From the human T2T-CHM13v2.0 reference genome, Homo sapiens, in NCBI RefSeq assembly GCF_009914755.1, contig NC_060930.1: a stretch of 64,000 nt of DNA; one strand, given 5' to 3'. The first letter of the stretch is position 1. The number at the start of each line of letters is the position of its first letter. The notes under the pieces were generated by a model. It was not told the DNA's origin and did not search any database. It worked only from the letters and a program-made list of their open reading frames with translations. This document shows, in pieces, positions 1-11,221 of this stretch. The translations under genes and the position numbers were made by a program.

Positions 1-812
1 CTCTTTAATTTAGTCAAGAGAATTTCAAAGGCTAGCCATTGTACTATTACGTGTCTTTCTTCTAATTTAATCTTCCCATCAGTTGTTTAGAATAAGTGAT
101 CTCTAAAATTCTTCTTCTTCTTCTTCTTTTTTTTTTAATTCAGGAAGCTTTCTAATTTAAAGGATCCATCTTTTGTCCACTGATTAATTAGAATTTCCAA
201 CAGTGCGCTTATTCCAATAATGACTCAATCCAATAGCCTCTTCAGTGAAGAAGCAATTTCAAAGATTCCCCCAAATAGGCTAAGATAGACAAACTCTCCT
301 AAGAGCTTGACACACTTGGAACAAAAAGTCTCGGTTTCTGGGCCATTCTCAGACTGGCCACCTAACGTGACCTGAAAATGACACTGCTTGGATGGCAAGA
401 TCAAGAGAGAGTGCTCCCACAAGGTCACAAGTCAAGCTCTCAAAAATGTAAAATACAATGAGAGAGAGCCTCATTTGGTACCTCTCTTTATGACAGAACA
501 ACACGGAAAAACAAATACAATGAGTATTTCTGGGAGGAAAAGGATCAAACAATACAAATATTAACGTTGCAAAGTACCACAAAGTACATCAGAATCGCTA
601 CACCGACTAGTTACACAATTTTTTTTCTCTCATTAATCAAAATTTTGCAGAGGAAAGGTGATTTTCACCATCCTCTCAGCTGGATTACATAGAGAGGGTG
701 AGAGCCTGTCTGGTAAGAAATTCCTACCCTTATGCTAACTTACTGGGTCCTGGATTCTCTTCACTGAGGCTTCCGGAAGAGCAGAGCTTTGATCATCTTG
801 TTCACAGTGTCA
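1..812 (-). mobile_element. ERV1 (MER4-group) internal leader region with degenerate PBS
   Basis: Minus strand reads an LTR 3' end followed by PBS-like TGACACTGTGAACAAGAT (~795-812) and leader-type sequence; family assigned by recall. Confidence 0.5.
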
Positions 813-814
813 AA

Positions 815-1008
815 TAGTTGGGGCAAAGGGAAAATTTCCCCTTCACCCTCTGAAGATTCACTGAAAACTGAACTCCCCAAAAGGCAGAGACTCCAATTAA
901 TCTCCTTCTTTATAACATGTACCATAGCTTGATAGCCTTTTTGTTGAGTTGATTTTTCAGTGAACCTTCAGAGGACAAAGGGGAAATATTCCCTAGGCCC
1001 CCAAAAAC
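815..1008. mobile_element. Two oppositely oriented MER4-group LTR 3'-end fragments forming an inverted repeat
   Basis: 818-885 is an imperfect reverse complement of 935-1004; both resemble the LTR terminus TTTTCAGTGAACCTTCAGAGG..GGGGAAA..TTCCC..GGCCCC. Confidence 0.65.
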
Positions 1009-2039
1009 ATTATCAGTGTTTTTTTAAAAAGTGGTAAAATAAAACTATGTGGAAAGCTCCAACAAACTAGTAAGAATAGATTTTGAGATATAATTACTTG
1101 AGGTACGATTTTGGAAAGTGAGGAAGAGGACTGGTTATTTATATTTCCTAGCTTTACAAAAAAATAATTTGCTCTGAATTTTATAATGAATTGCTTCCCT
1201 ATGCTTCCTTGTCTTCTGTCATTGACTTTAAGAGTTTAAGATACTTGTGGACAGATTTATCTTTTGAATTTTTCAGACTTCCCATGGTGTGTTACAATTT
1301 CTTTCAATTTCTTTGTTAATTAATGCCACATTTACCGTAAAATATAGTCCATCTTTTCTTTTTTAAAGGAAAAATTACAGATCTATTAGAGTATAATACA
1401 ATAAATTCCTTTTACAATACAGACCATGTTCTTCTTGGTGAATTGCAAATTTGATTTTTTATGTTAATGTCCCCCCCAACCAAACAGGCAAGATTTAAGC
1501 ATCGTTATTCCATTATTGACTTATCATACTCTGTCACCTCGTAGAAACCTGTCTTCACAGCAGTGTGAACTTGTTTGCAATTTTGACAATGTAGACAAGA
1601 ATTAATTGACCTTAAATTTGTAAGCAGAACTTAATTATAGCAAAACTAAATTTGCATTCCCCAGTTATTCATGTTTGTATTAAATTGTGCCTTAAATATT
1701 ATGGGGAGAGCTGGGGTTATTAGTAATGATCTTTTGATCTTTTGATTGATCAGATAACAATTGTTTTTGTGCAAGAAGGACAGAGTTCTGATTCTCCTTT
1801 TTTATCACTTGTACCATGGCTTAATAGCTGTTTTTGATTAGCTGCAAGCATACTTCCCACATAAGATATAAGTATATTTTTAGATGTGATGATGGTGGTG
1901 ATGATATGGTTTTTTTTTCTTGGCACGTTAGAATATGTTTTATTGAAGGAAATTAATGAAATCATACTTTTGTACATGCTTAACTAATTATTACCTAAGC
2001 TAGGGTAGTAACAATTTTCTAAAGTCTTACAATACTACA

Positions 2040-2270
2040 ATAACAAAATAAACTAGCATTTTTTGAATGCTGGACGTGTGCCAGGTACTTTCCCCAGGAC
2101 TTTACATGTATGATCACATTTAATTCACACAATAACCCTTTTAGGTAAATACTATTATTCTTATCTGCATTTTTAAAATGAGGAAACACAGGTAGAGACA
2201 GATCAATTTCCCTGATGTCACACGGTAAGTGGCAGTAATTAGAATTCAAAATTCAGTTTGACACCAGAAA
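2040..2270 (-). mobile_element. MIR SINE
   Basis: Reverse complement of MIR core (TGTGCCAGGTACT..., TTTTAAAATGAGGAAACACAGG, GTCACACGGTAAGTGGCAG). Confidence 0.8.
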
Positions 2271-2312
2271 GCAAATATACATTATATGATAGAAAGTTAA
2301 AGATTTGCTAAC

Positions 2313-2434
2313 TGCCTGGTGTGGTGGCTCACACCTATAATCCTAGCACTTTGGGAGGCCAAGGCAGGCAGACTGCTTGAGGCCAGGAGTTCAAGACTGG
2401 CCTGAGCAACATAGGGAAACCCCATCTCTATTAA
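2313..2434 (+). mobile_element. Alu left monomer / FLAM
   Basis: GCCTGGTGTGGTGGCTCACACCTATAATCCTAGCACTTTGGGAGG...GAAACCCCATCTCTA; TTTGCTAA on both sides. Confidence 0.85.
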
Positions 2435-2480
2435 TTTTTTTTTTTTTTTTTGCTAAGAGCTTAGTGGAAAATTAACTTAC

Positions 2481-4410
2481 TTCAAATAAAAATCTGTGAT
2501 AATATCACTAAGAAATTTTCCTTCATTTAGGCAGTGTAGGTCCTCTTTAGTAACAGATATCTCCCTTAGCTGGAGATGGTAAATATACTATCAAATATTT
2601 TTATAGGATTAATGGAAATGGCCTGGCTCTCTCATTGATTTCTCATTATCAAAACAGTGGATTCTCATTTGTTTCAAAGTGGTATTTTAGATTCAAAGTA
2701 CACATTTCAAATTTTTGTTTTGCTTATGCCTTCCTTTGATGCTTCCTTCACAGGCAACACATCTGCTACTGGCTTATTCAAAGAGAATTTTCCCAGAAAA
2801 ATTAAAAATATTCTTCATTATACTAATGTTAGTAATACTTTCAAATACTATATTTTCTAGAGGGTTAAAGATAGTTTGAAAAATTAAAATAATATTTTGT
2901 TCTTCCTGAATTGTTAACCTATTTATTTCTTTGCAATTATTCTAAACTCTATCTATCCCTATTCATTTGCAGACTTAGTCCCAGCCTTTGAAAAACTGCT
3001 GGTACCATCTGCAGAAACACTACCGGTAATTTTCAGACATTACATCATTCACATTTAGTTTGGCCAGAGTCATTTAAAGTAATATCTGCAGGATCATTTT
3101 TTGGTTCTTCTAGCTGTATCCTGATAAAGTCTAAATAAAAAAAATTATAGACTCTTTAACAGAAGAATGTTCCTACTAGTGTACTTCCGCAGTTTAAAAT
3201 GACACCTTCAAAGGAACTTCTGGATCAACTAAAATTTCTGGAGAAATCACTTTATGACCTTTTAGAGGTGTGTTGGCAATAGAATTGGCAGACTGGTCAT
3301 GTGATTCTTGATTTCCTGCGAAATGTAACCGTCTTTAACTCTGAATCTGTGGGAATGCTTTATGCTCTACTTTGCAGGTGTCTTTAGTTAGTACTGCTTC
3401 TACTTTTCCAGAGAGTGGTGCTAGGGAAGAACATGCTAAATTATCTGGGTTAGGAGATATCCTTTCTCTGTTAGTGCTGTTACTATTGTTGTCCTCATTG
3501 TGGTCATTGGTCATTGTTATCATCATCATCATCATCACTGAACACACTGGTTGCATTATTTCAGTCCAACAGACTTTTGAAACAGGAGACAAAGGAGACA
3601 CAGGAGAAGTAGACTAATGTGTACTACAGCGACGTTTCTGTTCCACTTTCCTCTTAATTTCAGGGTCCAGTTTGTGATTCAGACTTTTGTTTTCGTTATT
3701 ATGCATTGAACACCTTGAGGCCAGTTTAATCTTAAAGGGTTAATTTCAATTGTTTAGACATGAGATGGTTATTTTCTTTGGGCTGCTGATTTTACTATTC
3801 TTATCTGTGCCTTAGCATGATAAAAACACCTACTATGAAGGTTCCAGAAAGTAATTATGCATTTTGTGTATTTTCACTTAGTTTCTAATTGTTGCTCAAC
3901 ATGTTAAATCCAATTTTGTGGCTTTCCAAAGTTTAAAACGTCCAGCCTTGCTTCTTTTTACACTTCAAGACAAAATCACCAGAATCACTAACAACTTTGG
4001 ATCTACAATTTAATGTTCAGAGACGTCACTTCCCCAGCGTCTTCCTCGCGCCGCAGGCAGCCATCTTCCGTACTCCCCCGCAGCCTTGAGTTCTTAATCT
4101 GTGGCCCACATGGCCAGTGGCTCCCCAGGATGCGGGGCCACTCCGCAGGAGGGAGGCTGCCACAGCCTTGTGGGCTTCAGGCAGGTGCTCCCACATCCAA
4201 ACGTCCTACACCAAGGCAGGACCGAAGCCCCCGGGCTTGTCCGTGTCCGTGGTTCTGGGGAGCAGAGAATGGCGCACTGAGGCGCTCCTTAGGGCCCTGC
4301 AGGGCGCGAAGAACAGTGACAGCAACTGCTCCTCGCAGGCCCGGTTCCACTCTTCCCCTGACACCCCATCCACTCCTTACTGCGGAGAAGGTTCCCCTAG
4401 CCGCGGGAAT
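2481..4410 (-). pseudogene. SENP6: Ancient semi-processed retro-pseudogene of SENP6 (SUMO-specific protease 6)
   Basis: Manual minus-strand translation gives collinear SENP6-like blocks with stops and frameshifts: ATG at 4064 (MAAC..DAGEVTSLN vs MAAGKSGGSAGEITFLE), [125 protein letters not shown]; no introns between blocks. Confidence 0.9.
4020..4410. promoter_or_regulatory. Small CpG-rich, GC-rich island (SENP6 5'UTR/exon 1-derived)
   Basis: About 23 CpGs in ~390 bp by hand count against an AT-rich background; YY1-like GCCATCTT 4060-4067, ETS-like CTTCCG 4065-4070, CRE-like GACGTCA 4022-4028. Confidence 0.45.
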
Positions 4411-4699
4411 CTTCACTATGAATTGTGAATCTTTTATAAGAATAGAGAATATAAGATTTGCCTATTCTATTACAGAGAATATGATACTTATGAAAAGCAT
4501 ATTTTAAAATAAAAATAAAGCTACTTTAAAGTAGCAATGTGGTTTTATTAAATATAAATTAGGTGGTATTGCCTATAACCATATGTCACTTAATTTTTAG
4601 ATACAAATGTAATATATCTATCATATATTACCCTTTTTTGTGTACCCTTAATTAACTGCAGTTTTCAAAATTAGATACCCTTGTCTAACAAAAGAAGTT

Positions 4700-5690
4700 T
4701 TATATTTGGAAGACATTTTTGCAATTATAATGTTAAGACCATTAGGATTTCAACAATACAACATGTAAAACTAAAATAGGTATACATTCAATCAAAACTG
4801 GAAAAGAACTATTCCCCCAACTCTAATAGTTAATATGTACGAGTAATGGAATTGTAGTTTGTTTATTCACTTTTCGAAATTTGATTTGCTGTCATCTTAT
4901 TGTTTTGTGAATAGGAATAACAACAACAATATTAATAAATCATGTAATTTTGGACAATGTAGGAGAGATAAAATAGGTAGAGTCAATAGCACAGTTAAAA
5001 ATATTCCCAAATTCATCTACCTCAAAACAAAAACTGGATGTACAGTTTGAAAATGTTTTAATCAATGCAATAATGCAGGAAACAGAAATGAATGGTATAA
5101 TTATCAAAAAGGTAAATCCTTATTTTAAATGTTTCAGAAGGTCTAGCCAATACGACAAAGCTGGAAACTCATTTTTGAAAAAGATAAAATCTGTTTCAAA
5201 GTATTTTTGTACTTCATCTGGATAATAAGTATATGAAGATTAAATGAAAGATCATTGGAATCCAGAATAAATTGCTAATCCCCAAAAAACGAAATCCAAC
5301 AGCTTTCATATACATTCTTGCAGTAACCAACTAGAAAACCAAATGGAAGATCCTACTAACAGAATGGAATAAAAAATTAGCAATAAATGTCTAGGACAAA
5401 TAAAAAACTATAAAACCTTATGTGTAGAGAGAAATAAGATGAGCAAATGAACAGATATAAGTATGTTCTTTAATGAAAATGCAAATATTGCAAATATTTC
5501 AAAACTCCCTAAATTAATGTATAAACTTAGAACTTAACAAAATAATGTTGAAGGTTATCAGAAAGATTATATGACCCAGAAAAAAAAATGGTCAAGAACA
5601 ATTTGAATACAAAAATAATGAGAAAAAATGTTAACTACCAGATATTAAAATATAAGATTAAAAGTAAATTAATTAAATAACCTAGTAGAT
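4700..5690 (+). mobile_element. Ancient L1M ORF2 remnants
   Basis: A-rich degenerate L1 ORF2-like phrases (e.g. AAACTCCCTAAATTAATGTATAAA, TTAACTACCAGATATTAAAATATA). Confidence 0.5.
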
Positions 5691-6394
5691 TCTCAATTTC
5701 CTATCACTGGAAGTATTCAACTGAAAGATGTAATAGAAAGGGTATAATGGAATCTTCTTACTGGCCATAAGCTGTCCTACATAATTTCCAAGGTTCCTGA
5801 AACTCTAAACTTCTGCCTTTATGTGTTAACAAAGGTGACACGTCAGATATCCTCTGCAAAACATATTGTTTTACAGTGAGACCTTCACATTTTGCCTCAA
5901 ATCTTAATAGGTAGACACCTGCTAAGGCTGCCAGCCTGTAACTAGGGCACCCCAACATAGCACATGTTGCAACCTACACATCCCCAGAGGGCGTGTAGCC
6001 TTCAGTTTATCCCCTAGATATATCTGGGGATACAAGCCAGTACACAGAGCCTTGGGTCCAGATGCCGTCTAGTATTTTGCATCTAGGGGCTACAAAACCT
6101 CACTTCCCCTAACTTGCCAAGTAAACTACACTTCATTCCAGGTCTGGAAACTGCTTTCTCCCCAGACAGTCAGGGTTTCTCCATTTGTGTGATTGCAAGG
6201 TATCCTCCAGCCATCATCTTAAAAGAGACAGTGCTCCATAATCATAATAGAATTTCAGGTTCCCAACTTTACTGTGACAAACAGGAAACTTTCCTCACTG
6301 AAGAAAATAAAACTAACATAAAGTTAAACTCTGGAGGATTTTCATTCTAATTTTCTACCAAATCTCACCCATTTCAGGGGACCTTTTTGTAATT

Positions 6395-6503
6395 CTCCTA
6401 AATCAGATCTACTGAATCAAACTTTTGAGGAGTTCAGGAATAGCTATTTCTTTTAGCAAGCTCTCCATGAAACACTTAGATATTAAAGTTTGAGAATCAC
6501 TGC
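6395..6503. mobile_element. MER5-like hAT-Charlie fragment
   Basis: CAGATCTACTGAATCAAAC...TAAAGTTTGAGAATCACTG terminus. Confidence 0.6.
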
Positions 6504-6874
6504 CCGAGGCTTTAATCACTTTACCATTGTCTCTTTTCCCATTTCATCAACATAAAACAACGTTACATTATCACAGTTATGCTTTCTATTTCTATGGCTT
6601 CAGCAAGAATTTCTTATGCAATTTGAAAGAAGAGGAAGAATAGACAAGCAGCAGAAATCATGGCATGGTGGTGGGATAGCTATCAGAAACAGCAACAGCA
6701 AATTATAGACTTTTTTGCAAAAAAGGAAGGTTAGCAACAAGGAGAAGGAAAGGTGTAGATTCATAAACTGCAGAGTAGAGGCAAACTACCGTCTTGTCAA
6801 TAGTCCCTTCACCCCTGCAAGCACATACACAGAAGAAAACCTTTGCATATCTTGCTCCTACTTCCGTGCATGCT

Positions 6875-7870
6875 CTCTTTATTAATTCATTAGAAGGTTA
6901 CGCCAGGCACTGTGTCAGGTTCTGCATATTCAACGATGAACAAAGCAGATATGATCACTATCATTATGGAACTCACTATGTGGTAAGAGAGATAAGCACT
7001 AATCAAGCAAAACTCAAAACTGTAAAAGTGCAATAAGTTCTAAAAGATGTGCATGAGTGATGAGAGAGAATAATGGGAAGGTGAAAGAGAAGGCCTCAAT
7101 GAAAAAGCAACACTTAAACACCTGCTAGATTAGCATGAACTAGGTAGAGAGTAAGGAGAGAGGAGCTCAGGGTGCTGGGGAAAATAGCTGTAGGCACAAC
7201 AGAAAGCAAGTGCAAAGGCTGTGAGGTGGAAACAAGATTAGTGCCTTACCGTCTGAGAGATACAGTAGTTATAGGAAATGAACAAGGAGAAGGATGAAAA
7301 GATATTATGTTGAATATTCAGAGATCAACTCACACAGAACCTTAAGAACATTGTCAAGATTTTGGGCTTTAAGTGTCATGGGAAGTCAACAAAAGGTTTT
7401 AAGCCAAGACAGTTAATCTCTTTCTTTTTAAAAAAATCACTGTGGGTACTATGTGGAAAATGGATGGAGGTAGTCAAGAAAGGAAATAAAGTGAGTATTC
7501 TAGGCAAGGGATGATGTAGTTTATATAAAAGTGTTTGCTTGTGTAAGAAGCTCAGTAGAAAGAGGACACCAGTTACTAAATGAAAATAATAGGGGTAGAG
7601 CAGGTTTGTAGGATGAAACTCAGAAATTTAACCTTGGACACATTATATTTGAGATTCTTTTGACAAATATGGAAAATATAGGTAGCATAATATAGGTATG
7701 AAGAGCAAACAACTGTGGACTGATCTGGAGATATGAATTTGAGTTATTTGCCTAAAAGTGCTACTGAAAGCCACAGGATTACGTGAGATTATCAAAAGGC
7801 GGTGTGCTCTAGAAAAGGAAAGCTAAGATGAATCCTTGATAATTCTAACATTAGAAGTTTATGGGAAAAA
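6875..7870 (-). mobile_element. L2 LINE 3' portion
   Basis: GCCAGGCACTGTGTCAGG...ATGAACAAAGCAGA and GTGCAAAGGCTGTGAGGTGG match the L2 3' end in reverse. Confidence 0.75.
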
Positions 7871-8974
7871 AGCCACTTCTATGTAACTATCCCAAGAAAC
7901 TTAACATCAGTGAGCTATGCCAAGAAGTCAATCAACAGATGAGATGACTGAGATTTGCCATTGTAAGACAAACTGTAAACCATCTAGTGTTGTGTTCCAT
8001 CGTGTCAACAGATATATTTATATCTCTATGTGCATCATAGCCCAATAAATGCAGTTCAAGGAGGAGTTGCCAGTTATTGACTGATTATTATAGCTCAGAG
8101 ATTATAAAATAATCTATGTACTTTGTATGTATTAGGAGATACTGGGCTTTGGAGAACAGTGGCTAAGCATAGGGTCCAAAGCTTTTTAGAAAGATCTACA
8201 ACCTTGGTGCCAGGCAACAGTGTCAGTAACACTCCAACAGAAAGAAACAAGGTCAGCAGGTGTGTCACACTCAGTATCTCTCCATTCAGCATGTAGAAGA
8301 TTGATTGCTTCTATCTCCCACTTTGAACTAAATAAGATTCCAGGCCTCTTTGCCAATTCTGGGATGCGGGTGCCTTGAGAAGAAGATGCTAGGTTTTGTC
8401 TAATAGGGCAGAAGGGTGCTCAAGTGAAATATGATCATAAGTGTATCCAAAGCTGACAGAATGGATCATATGGGTTAAATATATAACAAGTATATTACAT
8501 TAGCTTACTCAGTAGGATACAATCTAAAAATACTTCTTTGTTCTTACTGCTATCTTTCCAGTCTGCTCTGTTGTATCTCACGTCTCTTTGGTGGGTTGCA
8601 ATGGGGGCATGCTCCTATTTCACAAACAGTAGAACAAGAGTGTCTCCTAATAACAAGAGCTGGGCTCTGGAGGATGGGCAAATATAAGGAGCATGGGCAA
8701 AACCATCTTAATAGGTGAGGCCATAGCATCAGGAAGAAGCTGTATGGGGTCACGCCTTCTAGGCTAAAAAATCCCTTCAAATAAATCCTCTTTCTTGTCA
8801 GAGTAACTCATGGATGCTCTCTTGTGTGTGGCCTATTATGTCTCAAGTAGCTTTGGCTAGTTAGCAAGTCATTCCATTTAGAATGTTTGGGATCTTGTCA
8901 TCTGTTGTGTTCAGCATTGAGTTTCCATCCAGAACTCCTAGACAACAAGATGGTAGCCCATTAAATAAACCCTT

Positions 8975-9105
8975 GGTTGTAGAAGATACTATCTCCATCC
9001 TCCAAAGGAGGAAACTGAGGTTCAGAGAGAGTAAGTGACTTTCTGCAGGTACAGGTGTAACAAATGACAGTGAAAGATTTTCACCATGTTCTGTTGAACC
9101 TCTAA
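8975..9105 (-). mobile_element. MIR fragment
   Basis: GAGGAAACTGAGGTTCAGAGAGAGTAAGTGACTT core. Confidence 0.7.
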
Positions 9106-9871
9106 ATTGTTTCAGTTGCACTGCAGTAATCTGTGTTTAAGAAATCAAGCCAGATACACTATCATTTAGAAACTACCCACCTAACTAATTAATTAGTTAA
9201 TTTGCATGTAACAGATTAAAGCAGTGATTTTTTTCAACCAGGGATATAGATCGGAATCACTTTTTAAAACTATAGATCTCAAAACTCCAGTTTTGGAATT
9301 CTGATTCAAAAGTCTGAGACAAGGTTTTTCAATCTTTATATTAGTTTTTAATGAGGGAAACTCCTGGGTTAAACTTTCAACTTTTCTTTAGTATGTTATT
9401 TGAGGTTGTCTTGTCTACTCAAGCTTTTAGTAAATAAGCATATTTAAAAATCTGCAAACTTAGGAGTGGAAGTAGATTAAAGGATATTTGTTTAAGGTAA
9501 AATGGGAGCAGGAAATTATATTGTTGGAGTATCAGTCACTTAGGCACACAAAGAATAAGGAAGGTTCTTTCTGTAAGCAAATTACAAAACCAGCACAAAG
9601 GCAAGTAAAGCAGTGATTATGGACTTCAACTAACCTTACCTTTGCCTGGATTCTGTCTAAATTTTATCAAAATATAGCATAGGTACATTCATAGTATACC
9701 TTACTCACGTCTTCATCACTTCAAAAGCAAGTGAAGAGCCAACAAGATTTCTTATTTAAAATGGCACTTGTTTACATTTCTTGCCTTTCCTATCTTTTAA
9801 CTAAAATGCTTATACAAACATAGGAAAAGTTGAAAATATACCACCACCTAAAATTAAGATCTAGGGACAAC

Positions 9872-9998
9872 CTCAGGAGGCTGAGTCAAGAGAATGGTAT
9901 GAACCCTGGAGGTGGAGCTTGCAGTGAGCCAAGGTCGTGCCACTGCACTCCAGCCTGGGTGACAGAGCGAGACTCCGTCTCAAAAAAAAAAAAAAAAA
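9872..9998 (+). mobile_element. 5'-truncated Alu right arm (AluY-like)
   Basis: GGAGCTTGCAGTGAGCC, poly(A), TSD ATCTAGGGACAAC at 9859-9871 and 9999-10011. Confidence 0.92.
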
Positions 9999-10834
9999 AT
10001 CTAGGGACAACTTGAAGCAGACATCTGGAAAGAATCTCTACAAAGCACAAGACAGATGAATTCAGTTTGCCTTCAGATGGAACCCTGACTACATTTTTTT
10101 CTCAACCTGACTTCCAAGTATAAATCTGAGAAGTGGATTCAGTCATGACTCAAATGGAAAAAGAGACTGAAAAAAGACAATCTAACATCTTGCCTATGGA
10201 AAAATACAGTTTAGGCAGATAGAATCTCTTTCAAAAATTAGTACAGAGAAAAGAGCCAACATGAAACACATAAAATATTTCTTTTTTTTCTTGTTACTGA
10301 CAAAGATCAGGAAAATATTTCTTAATAAACTTAAGAATATAGATATTTTTCTAAATACCACTTCATCTGTATCTCACGTTTTGATATGTATTTTTTATTA
10401 TTGTTCAACTCTAAGTTTGCAACACAAGTTATTTGAGAATATGTTTTTAGTTTCAAACATACTTTATTTATTCTATTTTCATTTCACTGTTAGTTCTCTA
10501 GTAATGTTTTAAGACAAATTTGTTGTAAGATAATACAATTGCTTCTAATAATTTTGTTTTCTAATAAAATTGTTTTAAGATAGGAAAAATGTTCCATATG
10601 TCTGTTTTTTGAAATTTGTTGAGATTACTTGTGAGCTAGTACATGATCAATGTGTACTTGAAAAGAATATGTTTTATCTTGTGTGTATGATTTTTATGAT
10701 TTATCTTTAGATCAATATTATTGACCTACAGCCAGTCCAGATATAACATAAAGCAGAAAAATTATAAAATTCCACATTATCAAGAGTAAACAGGAAAGTT
10801 AAGACTGTGGGCCTAGACAAAATTTGTTTCAGAT

Positions 10835-10965
10835 TTCAGAGGAAGCATGACCCTGTCAACACCTTAATTTCAGACTTCTAGCTTCCAAAAATGAGACCAC
10901 AAATTTCATTGTTCTAAGTCACCCAGTTTGTGATACTTTGCTATGTCAGCTGTAGAAAATTAACA
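10835..10965 (+). mobile_element. MLT1 (MaLR) LTR 3' fragment
   Basis: CCCTGTCAACACCTTAATTTCAGACTTCTAGC...AAGTCACCCAGTTTGTGATACTTTGCTATG. Confidence 0.75.
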
Positions 10966-11221
10966 CTAAGATGTTTGCAGATATTTCTTAGTGAATCTAA
11001 AGAGTTCATAATAGCATCAAAATGTAGAAAAATTCAAAGTAGTATTTTAAAATTAAAAGTGGGATAAAGATCTAGCTGGAAATCCTGAATGAATATCAGA
11101 ATAAAATTCTGGAATGAATGAATGGCATGAAAAACTGGAATTCATTTGAACTCATTGCCAATGCTCAGTCTTGAAAAGTAAAAAATGATACAGATGGATA
11201 TTTTAGCATTTTAAAATTACT

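Noticed and set aside
3372-3617. 81-aa ORF with a hydrophobic, TM-like stretch
   Set aside because: Antisense reading of the Asp/Asn-rich (GAT/AAC)n segment of the SENP6 pseudogene
2299-4461. AAGATTTGC on both sides of the SENP6 copy as a TSD
   Set aside because: Only 9 bp in AT-rich DNA, and the left copy overlaps the apparent FLAM TSD
4013-4507. 164-aa, 103-aa and 79-aa ORFs in the GC-rich patch
   Set aside because: Stop-poor GC-rich SENP6 5'UTR-derived sequence; no recognisable domain
6008-6032. Near-perfect 25-nt palindrome TATCCCCTAGATATATCTGGGGATA
   Set aside because: Too short and isolated; no ncRNA or MITE context
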